A DNA stretch of 64,000 nt from Acidimicrobiales bacterium (lineage in GTDB: Bacteria > Actinomycetota > Acidimicrobiia > Acidimicrobiales > JACDCH01), in assembly GCA_036493595.1 (NCBI GenBank), contig DASXPN010000106.1, forward strand, positions 11,662 to 75,661, in the 5' to 3' direction. Position 1 is the stretch's first letter. Each line of letters begins with the position of its first letter. Positions 28,628-36,824 of this stretch are shown piece by piece. The position numbers and the translations under genes were made by a program. The notes under the pieces were generated by a model. That model was not told the origin of the DNA, ran no database searches, and saw only the letters and a list, made by a program, of their open reading frames with translations.

Positions 28628-28993
28628 ATGGTCGACGGAGCAGACGACGCGTTCACCTTCCGATGGGAAGCTCCCGTCCACGAGGTCTTTCCCTCGCTGC
28701 ACGAAGCGCAGAGCGCCTGGCTCGCGCAGATCGACTCGTTGCATGCGCCCGACCGCAAGACCTACGAGCTCATCCGGATGGCGTGCTCGGTCATCGCCCG
28801 CAACCCCGAGGGGATCGCCCGCCATGCGATGCTGGCCCGAGAGGTGGGTTCGTCGTGGGACGACGTCGTCGGCTCGATCATGTTGACGACGCCCGCGTTC
28901 GGCATCCTCGCCGCCGTCGAGGCGTTGCCGCACGCGCGACGGGGCTTCGACGAAGCACCCGAGGTCGAGTCCGATGACAACGGAGACGGCTGA
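28628..28993 (+). CDS. Carboxymuconolactone decarboxylase (CMD/AhpD)-like protein
   Basis: DRKTYELIRMACSVIARNPEGIARHAMLAREVG.S.DD helical pattern; -10 TAGGGT 8 nt before the ATG. Confidence 0.7.
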   Translation: MVDGADDAFTFRWEAPVHEVFPSLHEAQSAWLAQIDSLHAPDRKTYELIRMACSVIARNPEGIARHAMLAREVGSSWDDVVGSIMLTTPAFGILAAVEALPHARRGFDEAPEVESDDNGDG

Positions 28994-29447
28994 GGACTCG
29001 AGCGACGCGAACGCGCGGGCGGGCGCGCCGCAGGTGGACGCGCCGCAGCCTTTCCGGCTGCTGCCCCGACTCGACGACACCAACCGTCACTTCTGGACGA
29101 GCGGCGAGGACGGAAAGCTCCGCTTCCTTCGTTGCCAAGAGTGCGGCTACTGGATCCACCCGCCGTCACCGCGATGCCCCACGTGCCTGTCGAAAGACGT
29201 CGACGTCGAAGCGGTGTCAGGGCAGGCGACGCTGCACACCTTCACCGTCAACCACCAACCGTGGTACCCGGGCCTCGACCCTCCCTATGTCATCGCCATC
29301 GTCGAGCTCATCGAACAAGAGGGCCTGCGCCTCACGACCGGCATCACCGGTTGCGCACCCGACGAAGTCGCGATCGGCATGCCCTTGCAGGTGACGTTCC
29401 AGCACTACGAGGACGTGTGGCTGCCGTTCTTCGAGCCGGTTCGATGA
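28974..29447 (+). CDS. Zn-ribbon/OB-fold protein (DUF35), second copy
   Basis: RCQECG..IHPP...CPTC, LHTFTVNHQ, PYVIAIVEL.EQ.GLRL. Confidence 0.9.
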   Translation: MTTETAEDSSDANARAGAPQVDAPQPFRLLPRLDDTNRHFWTSGEDGKLRFLRCQECGYWIHPPSPRCPTCLSKDVDVEAVSGQATLHTFTVNHQPWYPGLDPPYVIAIVELIEQEGLRLTTGITGCAPDEVAIGMPLQVTFQHYEDVWLPFFEPVR

Positions 29448-30676
29448 GTCCGAGTTCGCTCGATGCCGTGATCAGTGGCATCGGCCAGTCGGACGTGGGC
29501 CGCCGCCTGCATCGTCATCCGCTCGACCTCACGCTCGATGCCTGTATCGAAGCCATCGAGGACGCCGGCCTGACGCGCGACGACATCGACGGCATCGCGA
29601 CGTACCCCGGCGCGATGGACATGCCCCCCGGCTTCTCCGGTGTCGGCGTGACCGAGGTGCACGACGCATTGCGCCTGAACTTGAACTGGTACGCGGGAGG
29701 GCTCGAGTCGCCCGGCCAGCTCGGGTCGGTGATCAACGCCTGCATGGCGGTGTCGACCGGCATGGCCGACCACGTCCTGTGCTTCCGCACGGTCTGGGAG
29801 GGCACCGCGCAGGGCGACAAGGGTCGCGCCGCAGTGATGCCGGGCATCGGCGGAGGCGGAGGTGGAGCCGGCGGTGGCGGCGGCCTGCCACGGGTCGGCG
29901 GCTTCATGCAGTACACGCTCCCGTACGGCGCGCCGTCAGCCGCCAACTGGATCGCGATGATGGCGATGCGCCACTTCCACGAGTTCGGCACGACCCGCGA
30001 GCAGCTCGCGTGGATCGCACTCAACGGGCGGCGCAACGCCGCGCTCAATCCAAAGGCCGTGTACCGCGATCCGATGACGCTCGAGGACTACCTCGGCATT
30101 CGCATGATCAGCTCCCCCTTGTGCCTGTTCGACTGCGACGTTCCCGCGGACGGTTCGACGGCCGTGATCGTGAGCCGGGCCGATGCGAGCGCCGACTTGC
30201 GGCATGCGCCGGTGCGTGTCGACGCGGTCGGTACCGCCATCCACGGCCGCCCGTCGTGGGACCAGTGGGACGACCTCACGACGATGGCGCTGCGCGACGC
30301 GTCCTCGCAGTTGTGGACCCGCACCGACATCACGCCGGCGGACGTCGACGTGGCCGAGCTCTACGACGGGTTCAGCTTCATCACGCTGTGCTGGCTCGAG
30401 GCGCTCGGTTTCTGCGGAAAGGGCGAAGGCGGCTCGTTCGTCGACGGCGGCGCGTACATCGCCCGGGACGGCATCATCCCGCTCAACACGCACGGCGGTC
30501 AGCTGTCCTCGGGACGGCTCCACGGCTACGGCTTCCTCCACGAGGCGTGCGTGCAGTTGCGCGGCGACGGCGGAGAACGCCAGGTGGTGCGGCCCGGCGG
30601 CCGGCAACCGGAGGTCGCGCTCGCGGCCGCCGGGGGCGGCCCGCTCGCCGGCTGCCTCTTGCTCACACGAGGTTGA
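29444..30676 (+). CDS. SCP2/Ltp-type thiolase-fold protein (probable aldolase/thiolase)
   Basis: SGIGQS, LFDCDVPADG, ELYDGFS, LNTHGGQLS.GRLHG; contains a 12-residue Gly-rich insert. Confidence 0.9.
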   Translation: MSPSSLDAVISGIGQSDVGRRLHRHPLDLTLDACIEAIEDAGLTRDDIDGIATYPGAMDMPPGFSGVGVTEVHDALRLNLNWYAGGLESPGQLGSVINACMAVSTGMADHVLCFRTVWEGTAQGDKGRAAVMPGIGGGGGGAGGGGGLPRVGGFMQYTLPYGAPSAANWIAMMAMRHFHEFGTTREQLAWIALNGRRNAALNPKAVYRDPMTLEDYLGIRMISSPLCLFDCDVPADGSTAVIVSRADASADLRHAPVRVDAVGTAIHGRPSWDQWDDLTTMALRDASSQLWTRTDITPADVDVAELYDGFSFITLCWLEALGFCGKGEGGSFVDGGAYIARDGIIPLNTHGGQLSSGRLHGYGFLHEACVQLRGDGGERQVVRPGGRQPEVALAAAGGGPLAGCLLLTRG

Positions 30677-30704
30677 CAGTCGACAGAGGGACGAGGGGGA
30701 CGGC

Positions 30705-31400
30705 ATGTTGAGCGCGGACGAGCTCGAGTCGATGACGGTGCCCGCGTGGGAGCGGGCGAAGGAGGCGATCGCGAACGGTGACGCCGACCGCGCCGTGGCA
30801 CTCATCGACGAGGCTGCTTCGCGCACGCGCAGCTTGCAGGTGTACTCGATCGAGTGGATCACGTCGTTGCTGTCCTTCATCGGGCGTGAGCTCGGCGAGG
30901 ACGCGGTCGAACGTGCGCTGCGCACGTCGGGTGACGACTTCATCCGCGATCGCCGCGATCCCCACGGCGGCCGCGGTTCATCCTGGGACACACTCCCTGC
31001 GGAAGCACGAGCGAAGGTCATCGCGCGGGCGATGGTGGCCAACGGGAGCACCTGCGAGGTCGACGAGGACGAGGACAAGATCGTCCTGTCCTTCCGCTGC
31101 GGCAGCGGTGGCCGATTGATCGACGAGGGTCGCTACGACGTCGACGGTGGTCCGTACCTCACGCTGCACGAGCGCAGCGGCCGTACCTTCGATCGCGACG
31201 AGCTACCCGTGTACTGCGCTCACTGCTCGGTGAACAACGAGATGCAGGCAATCGAATGGGGTGGTGCGCCGGGCTCCATCGAGTTCCCGCCTACTCAGCC
31301 TGGTGAACCTTGCGTGCACCACGTCTACCGCGACGTCGACGCGATGCCGCAGGACGCCTACGTGCGGATCGGCATCACCAGACGCGGGCCCCGGCCATGA
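30705..31400 (+). CDS. Hypothetical protein with CGSGGR / YCAHC / PC cysteine motifs
   Basis: 231 aa with typical codon usage and RBS GAGGGGGA; follows the thiolase. Confidence 0.7.
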   Translation: MLSADELESMTVPAWERAKEAIANGDADRAVALIDEAASRTRSLQVYSIEWITSLLSFIGRELGEDAVERALRTSGDDFIRDRRDPHGGRGSSWDTLPAEARAKVIARAMVANGSTCEVDEDEDKIVLSFRCGSGGRLIDEGRYDVDGGPYLTLHERSGRTFDRDELPVYCAHCSVNNEMQAIEWGGAPGSIEFPPTQPGEPCVHHVYRDVDAMPQDAYVRIGITRRGPRP

Positions 31401-31632
31401 GCCGGCGAAGGTCGCGGGCCGCCTGGTCGTGGCGACGCCGGGCGTCCGCTCGCATCAACCGCAGCTCCGTGTAACGGGCCTGCTCCGCGGCCGTCCACTC
31501 CCGCTCCTCGCGTACGAGATCGAGGTCGTGGACCTCGTCGACGACCGCCGAGTGTCGGGCCGCGGCGATCAACAACTCCGTCGCCAGACGGCGGCGGAAC
31601 TGCACGATCGTGGGGAGCGGTTCGACTGGCAC
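31375..31632 (-). CDS. Small helical hypothetical protein (85 aa)
   Basis: RBS GGAGGA 3-4 nt before GTG 31632; fills an otherwise empty gap; overlaps the convergent gene by 26 bp. Confidence 0.5.
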   Translation of the reverse strand: MPVEPLPTIVQFRRRLATELLIAAARHSAVVDEVHDLDLVREEREWTAAEQARYTELRLMRADARRRHDQAARDLRRLMAGARVW

Positions 31633-31709
31633 AGTTCCTCCCAGACGGTCATCGTCCGGCAATACCTACGATGACTCGCAATGGGAGCAAACCGTACCTC
31701 TCTTGCGCG

Positions 31710-32543
31710 CTACCAACCCTTGAACTTCGGATCTCTGCGCTCCATGAACGCCTGCATCCCCTCGGCCGAGTCGGCGGTGGCGTTGACGAGCTCCTGGGCG
31801 TAGCCCTCCTCCTCGAACGCGGTCTGGCGGCTCGACTCGTTCGAACGGTTGAGGAGCCACTTCGTCATGGTGATCGACTTGCTCGGCGCCGCCGCCAGCC
31901 GCCCGGCCCATTCGGCGGTGACCGCGGTGAGATCGTCGGCGGCGACGACGCGGTTGGCGATGCCGACTCGAAGCGCATCCGATGCGGACACGTCGTCGCC
32001 GAAGAACATGATCTCCTTGGCCTTCGGGAGCCCCACGATGCGCGGCAGCAGGTAACAACCACCGGCGTCGGGGATGATGCCACGCCGCACGAACACCTCG
32101 ATGAGCCGCGCGTGCTCGGCCATCACGACCAGATCGCTGGCGAGGACGAGATTGGCGCCGCCGCCCGCCGCGGTGCCGTTGACCGCGGCGATCACCGGCT
32201 TCTCACAGTCGAGGATCGACGCCACGAGCCGTTGCCAGCCGCGGCGGATCATCCGCGCGACGTCACCGAGGGCGCGGTCCGGCGCGTCGTCGGGGCGCTC
32301 CGGACCGGGCTTCTGCGGACCACCCAACCCTGCGCCCGTGCAGAAGTGACGCTCACCCGCGCCGGTCAGCACGATCACGCGCACGCCGAGCGTGGCGGAG
32401 AGCTCGTCGAAGACGTCGGCCAGCGTGTCGCGCATGTGCGCGGTCAGCGAGTTGCCGGCTTCGGGACGGTTGATGATGACGCGTGCGATGCCGTCCTCGA
32501 CGGCGTAGCGGATGTGGTCCTCGATGGGCGTCTCCTCGGGCAT
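31710..32543 (-). CDS. Enoyl-CoA hydratase/isomerase family protein, PaaG-like (Asp-type) active site
   Basis: FCTGAGL, GTAAGGGANL, EVFVRRGIIPDAGG; -10 TACGGT 6 nt before ATG 32543. Confidence 0.9.
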   Translation of the reverse strand: MPEETPIEDHIRYAVEDGIARVIINRPEAGNSLTAHMRDTLADVFDELSATLGVRVIVLTGAGERHFCTGAGLGGPQKPGPERPDDAPDRALGDVARMIRRGWQRLVASILDCEKPVIAAVNGTAAGGGANLVLASDLVVMAEHARLIEVFVRRGIIPDAGGCYLLPRIVGLPKAKEIMFFGDDVSASDALRVGIANRVVAADDLTAVTAEWAGRLAAAPSKSITMTKWLLNRSNESSRQTAFEEEGYAQELVNATADSAEGMQAFMERRDPKFKGW

Positions 32544-32559
32544 CCCGCTACCGTACATA

Positions 32560-32577
32560 GCTGACGTTCGTGTCAGG
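32560..32577. promoter_or_regulatory. TGAC-N6-GTCA operator GCTGACGTTCGTGTCAGG within a 34-bp imperfect palindrome (32552-32585)
   Basis: Flanks CGTACATA / TATGTACG are reverse complements; divergent crotonase / SDR promoter. Confidence 0.75.
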
Positions 32578-32657
32578 TATGTACGACCGAACGCGGACGC
32601 AGCACGCACGACAAAGAGCGCAGACGCGCCAGCACGGGGAACGGGGGCTCACAGGGC

Positions 32658-33575
32658 ATGGGGTTGTTCGACGGCAAGGTGGCGATCGTGACCGGTGCCG
32701 GTCGCGGCATCGGACGGCAAGAGGCGTTGCTGCTCTCGGCTCAGGGCGCGGCGGTCGTGGTCAACGACCTCGGCGGATCGAGTGAAGGCACCGGCTCGGA
32801 CGCAACGCCGGCGCAACAGGTGGTCGACGAGATCGAAGCGGCCGGCGGTCACGCCGTCGCCAACTACGGCAGTGTCGCCGACTTCGACGAGGCGAAGGCG
32901 TTGATCGACCAGGCGGTCGAGACGTTCGGCGGCCTCGATGTGCTCGTCAACAATGCCGGCATCCTGCGCGACAAGATGAGCTTCAACATGGACGAGGTCG
33001 AGTGGGACGTGGTGATCGACGTCCACCTGAAGGGCCACTTCTGCACCTCGCGCCATGCCGCTGCGTACTGGCGAGCGAAGGCGAAGGAGACGGGCGAACC
33101 GGCTCGCGGCGTGATCGTCAACACCACGAGCGAGTCCGGCCTCTACGGCAACGCCGGCCAGGTCAACTACGCGGCGGCCAAGGCCGGTATCGCCTCGATG
33201 ACGATCGTGATGGCGCGTGAGCTCGAGCGCAGCGGCGTGCGGGTCAACTGCATCGCGCCGGTGGCGCGCACTCGCCTCACCGAGGCGCTCGCGGGGGATC
33301 ACATGAAGCCCGACGAGACCGGCTTCGATCGATTCTCGCCCGACAACGTCGCCGCGGTCGCGGTATGGCTGGCGTCGGATCTGTCGAGAGCGCTCAACGG
33401 TCAGGTCGTGAAGGTGCAGGGCGGTGTCGTGCAGCTGCTCGAGGGCTGGCGGCCACTCACGGAGGCGACGTCCGACAAGCCGTGGACCATCGACACCGTC
33501 GACGCCGCGCAGGCGCAACTGCTGGCCGAGTCCGACGGATCGATCCCACCGTTCTTCTTCCCCAGCCCGGGTTGA
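32658..33575 (+). CDS. SDR family oxidoreductase (long, MFE2-like)
   Basis: TGAGRGIG, NNAGILRD, YAAAK; paralog of 12931-13836. Confidence 0.93.
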   Translation: MGLFDGKVAIVTGAGRGIGRQEALLLSAQGAAVVVNDLGGSSEGTGSDATPAQQVVDEIEAAGGHAVANYGSVADFDEAKALIDQAVETFGGLDVLVNNAGILRDKMSFNMDEVEWDVVIDVHLKGHFCTSRHAAAYWRAKAKETGEPARGVIVNTTSESGLYGNAGQVNYAAAKAGIASMTIVMARELERSGVRVNCIAPVARTRLTEALAGDHMKPDETGFDRFSPDNVAAVAVWLASDLSRALNGQVVKVQGGVVQLLEGWRPLTEATSDKPWTIDTVDAAQAQLLAESDGSIPPFFFPSPG

Positions 33576-33597
33576 GCGCGGCGGGCCGGTCACGCCG

Positions 33598-34791
33598 ATG
33601 AAGCTCGAGTGGAGCGCGGAGGACGAAGCGTTCCGCGCGGAGCTCGTCCGCTTCCTCGAGGAGCACGCGCCGCCCGAGATCAAAGCGGGGCGTGACTTCA
33701 CGGACGGAGGCGTCGACGAGGCCGGTGGCGACGAGATCATCCCGCAGTGGGGGCGCGACTGGCAGGCGACCCTTTTCGACCACGGCTGGATGGTGCCCGG
33801 CTACCCGCCCGAGCTCGGCGGGCGCAACGCCACGCCCGTTCAGACGCTGATCTACATGGAGGAGCTGGCGAAGCGACGCATCGTCCGTAGCCTCCACTTC
33901 CCCGGCTACGCGATCGTCGCGCCGAGCTTGCTCGAGTTCGGCAACGACGAGCAGCGCACACTGGCGCCGGCGTCGATCCGGGGCGACCTCATCTGGTGCA
34001 TCGGCATGAGTGAGCCGAATGCGGGCAGCGATCTCGCGTCGCTGACGACGCGGGCCGAGCGCGACGGCGACCGTTTCCTCGTCAACGGTCAGAAGGTGTG
34101 GACGTCGTACTCGATGGTCGCGTCGAAGTGCTTCTGCTACGTGCGCACGACACCGCTCGACGAGGCGCCGAAGCACAAGGGCATCAGTGTGCTCATCATC
34201 GACATGGACACGCCTGGCATCGACGTGCGCCCCATCAGGCACATCACCGGAGCGGAGGACTTCGCCGAGGTGTTCCTCACCGACGTCGAGGTGCCGGTGG
34301 CGAACGTCGTCGGTGACGTCGACGACGGTTGGCGCATCACCATGGGGTCGCTCGCGCACGAGCGCGGCGGGCTGTGGTTGCAGTCCGTCGCGATGGTGCA
34401 ACAGACGGTCGACGATCTGTGCGCGATGGCTCGGCGTCACGGCCTCGACGCCGATGCTGGGGTGCGGCGCCGGTTGGCCGAGGCGTACGAGCAGGTCGCG
34501 TCGCTGCGGGCGCTCGGTTACAAGGGCTTCTCGTCGTTCGCGCAAGGAAGCTCCGCGCCCGAGCACAGTTACCTGAAGCTCGCCACCTCTGAGCTCGGCA
34601 AGGCGCTGTACGAGCTCGGTATGGAGCTCCAGGGGCCATACGGCGCGGTGGACGATCCCGAGCGCGGCGACGAACGGGGACGGTGGGGCCGGTCCTTCTT
34701 CGTGAGCTTCGCCAACACGGTCGCCGGCGGGTCGAGCGAGATCCAGCGCAACATCATCGCCACCCGCATCCTCGGGCTCCCGAGGTCCTGA
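33598..34791 (+). CDS. Acyl-CoA dehydrogenase (alpha-type subunit)
   Basis: CIGMSEPNAGSDLA, NGQKVWTS, LAHERG, AGGSSEIQRNII. Confidence 0.93.
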   Translation: MKLEWSAEDEAFRAELVRFLEEHAPPEIKAGRDFTDGGVDEAGGDEIIPQWGRDWQATLFDHGWMVPGYPPELGGRNATPVQTLIYMEELAKRRIVRSLHFPGYAIVAPSLLEFGNDEQRTLAPASIRGDLIWCIGMSEPNAGSDLASLTTRAERDGDRFLVNGQKVWTSYSMVASKCFCYVRTTPLDEAPKHKGISVLIIDMDTPGIDVRPIRHITGAEDFAEVFLTDVEVPVANVVGDVDDGWRITMGSLAHERGGLWLQSVAMVQQTVDDLCAMARRHGLDADAGVRRRLAEAYEQVASLRALGYKGFSSFAQGSSAPEHSYLKLATSELGKALYELGMELQGPYGAVDDPERGDERGRWGRSFFVSFANTVAGGSSEIQRNIIATRILGLPRS

Positions 34792-34793
34792 CC

Positions 34794-35810
34794 GTGGACT
34801 TCACGCTCAGCGAAGAGCAGGTCCTGCTGCGCGACACCGCTCGTACATTGCTGGCGCGGCACTGTCCCATCACGCTCGTGCGCGCCCACATGGACGATCC
34901 GTCGGTGGCGGCGGCCTTGTGGGAGCACTTGCGGGAGTGGACCGTGCTCGGCGACGGCCCGACCACCGATCTCTGCGTGTTCCTCGAGGAGTGCGGCCGC
35001 GTGCTCGCGCCAGGGCCGTACTTCGCCACCACCGCGCTGGCGCTGCCGCTGGCGCGGATCGCAGGGCTCGATCTCGCCGACGGGTTGAGTGCGGGCGAGT
35101 CGACGGCGACGGTTGCGCTCGCGGGAGCTTCGGGTGAGTGGCGGATCAACGACGAGACGACGAAGACGTTCGTGCTGGAGGCCGATCGCGTCGACTACGT
35201 GCTGGCGGTGGACGGCAGCGGTCGAGTCGACGCGCTCGCGTCGAGCGCGTTGCCCGCACCCCGCCGCGTCGGCCTGATCGACTCGACTCGACGAGTGTTC
35301 GAGGTCGACGTGGCCGACGTGTCCGACCTTGCCGGCGCGTCCGGCGGGTCGCTCGGCGCGGACACCGACATCGATGCCTGGTTGGCGCGCGCCACCGTCG
35401 CACTCGCGGCCGAACTACTCGGCACGGCGCGCTGGTTGCTCGCCACGGCCATCGACTACGCGAAGCAACGAGTGCAGTTCGACGCGCCCATCGGCAGCTT
35501 CCAGGCGATCCAACACAAGCTGGCGGACTGCTCGCTCGACGTCGAGCGCGCCGCCAGCGCGGTCTACTACGCGGCCATGTGCGTCGACGCGAATGACAGC
35601 GACCGGCATCGGGCCGTCCACGTCGCGAAGGCGGCGGCCGGACGAGCGGCGATGCACTGCGCGAAGGACGGCATGCAGGTGCACGGCGGTATCGGCTACA
35701 CGTGGGAACACGACCTGCACCTGTTCATCCGCCGCGCCTACGCGTCGGAGCATCTGATGGGCACGTCCGGCTGGCATCACGACCGGTTGGCCGACCTCAT
35801 CCTCGGCTGA
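34794..35810 (+). CDS. Acyl-CoA dehydrogenase (short beta-type subunit)
   Basis: R.QFDAPIGSFQAIQHK, HGGIGYTWEHD; lacks the SEP..GSD motif; adjacent to the alpha subunit. Confidence 0.9.
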   Translation: MDFTLSEEQVLLRDTARTLLARHCPITLVRAHMDDPSVAAALWEHLREWTVLGDGPTTDLCVFLEECGRVLAPGPYFATTALALPLARIAGLDLADGLSAGESTATVALAGASGEWRINDETTKTFVLEADRVDYVLAVDGSGRVDALASSALPAPRRVGLIDSTRRVFEVDVADVSDLAGASGGSLGADTDIDAWLARATVALAAELLGTARWLLATAIDYAKQRVQFDAPIGSFQAIQHKLADCSLDVERAASAVYYAAMCVDANDSDRHRAVHVAKAAAGRAAMHCAKDGMQVHGGIGYTWEHDLHLFIRRAYASEHLMGTSGWHHDRLADLILG

Positions 35811-35819
35811 GCGCAACCG

Positions 35820-35847
35820 TTCTCCCCTTGCGAAGCGAGCAGGAGAA
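35820..35847 (+). terminator. Putative hairpin terminator after the ACAD pair
   Basis: TTCTCC..CTTGC-GAA-GCGAG..GGAGAA imperfect stem. Confidence 0.35.
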
Positions 35848-35882
35848 TCTCCGCGTTTCGGCGAATCCGGAACGCAGTTGAA

Positions 35883-35900
35883 CCTGACGTCGGTGTCAGG
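35883..35900. promoter_or_regulatory. TGAC-N6-GTCA operator CCTGACGTCGGTGTCAGG
   Basis: Directly upstream of the RBS GGAGGAGG of the secreted-protein/PQQ operon. Confidence 0.75.
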
Positions 35901-35917
35901 GTGGAGGAGGGTGTCGG

Positions 35918-36823
35918 GTGCAGAGGTTCCAGCGGCGGCTCGCTGTCGTCGTCTTGATCGGCGCGGTCATGGTCGCCGGGACCGGCGCCGCGGTGGCCGG
36001 TGTGAGCGGCGGCAACTACAGCCCGTCGAAGCAGCACTGCTCGGGGGGCGCCGATGACAGCAACCGTCCCCAGCACGTCGAGAAGGGCTGCCAGAGCAGC
36101 ACCGCCAACGTGAGTGACGGGTCCGGTAACGAAGCGTTCTTCGCCGGTACGCAGCAGACCGCGGACGGCGATTCCGCGCACGACCTCGTGCACGGCGGCG
36201 ATCCTGCCAGCGTCGACCCGACGTCGGGTGCGCAGGTGTACTTCGGCGCCGACGACAACCTCGACAACGGCGAGCACGACTCGTCGTCGAAGATCAAGGA
36301 CGGTCCGAGCGACGGTGGCGCAGTTGCGCTCGACGTGTCGCCCGAATCGGTGATGCCGTGGCTCGCCGCGCTCCGGTCGGGCGACATCGCGTATCTCCTC
36401 ACTCACCCCGCACCGCTGGTCGACGCGGGTGCGGGCTCGTGTGCGGACGGAACGTGCGAGTCGGTGCAGACGCAACAGCGCACCGCGTACCAAGGTGGCG
36501 GCAAGGGCCAGCGCGACGCGGCCAACTACGACGGCACGACGTGGGATCCCGACACGTGCGCGGGCCCCAGTGACACCTCGGCAGATTGCGGGCCTGGCGG
36601 CATCAAGTCGTGGTGGAACAAGGACGGCACCGTCCACACGGAGCCGGGCGCGCAGGTCTACGAGGATCCGAACCCGGAGGGCTCACCCGAGGGTCCGTAC
36701 CCGTTGCCGGCCGCGTACGCGGGCACGTGCGGCGTGATCGCCGGCGGTGGTACCGCTCCTGCGGCACCGGCTTCGCCGATCACCAACGGCGCGGGCCAAG
36801 TCGTCGTCTCGACCGGCTGCTGA
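35918..36823 (+). CDS. Secreted Gly/Asp/Ser-rich protein with 8 Cys, function unknown
   Basis: Signal peptide RRLAVVVLIGAVMVAGTGAAVA; DDNLDNGEHD acidic motif; C-terminal Cys. Confidence 0.75.
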   Translation: MQRFQRRLAVVVLIGAVMVAGTGAAVAGVSGGNYSPSKQHCSGGADDSNRPQHVEKGCQSSTANVSDGSGNEAFFAGTQQTADGDSAHDLVHGGDPASVDPTSGAQVYFGADDNLDNGEHDSSSKIKDGPSDGGAVALDVSPESVMPWLAALRSGDIAYLLTHPAPLVDAGAGSCADGTCESVQTQQRTAYQGGGKGQRDAANYDGTTWDPDTCAGPSDTSADCGPGGIKSWWNKDGTVHTEPGAQVYEDPNPEGSPEGPYPLPAAYAGTCGVIAGGGTAPAAPASPITNGAGQVVVSTGC

Positions 36824-36824
36824 C

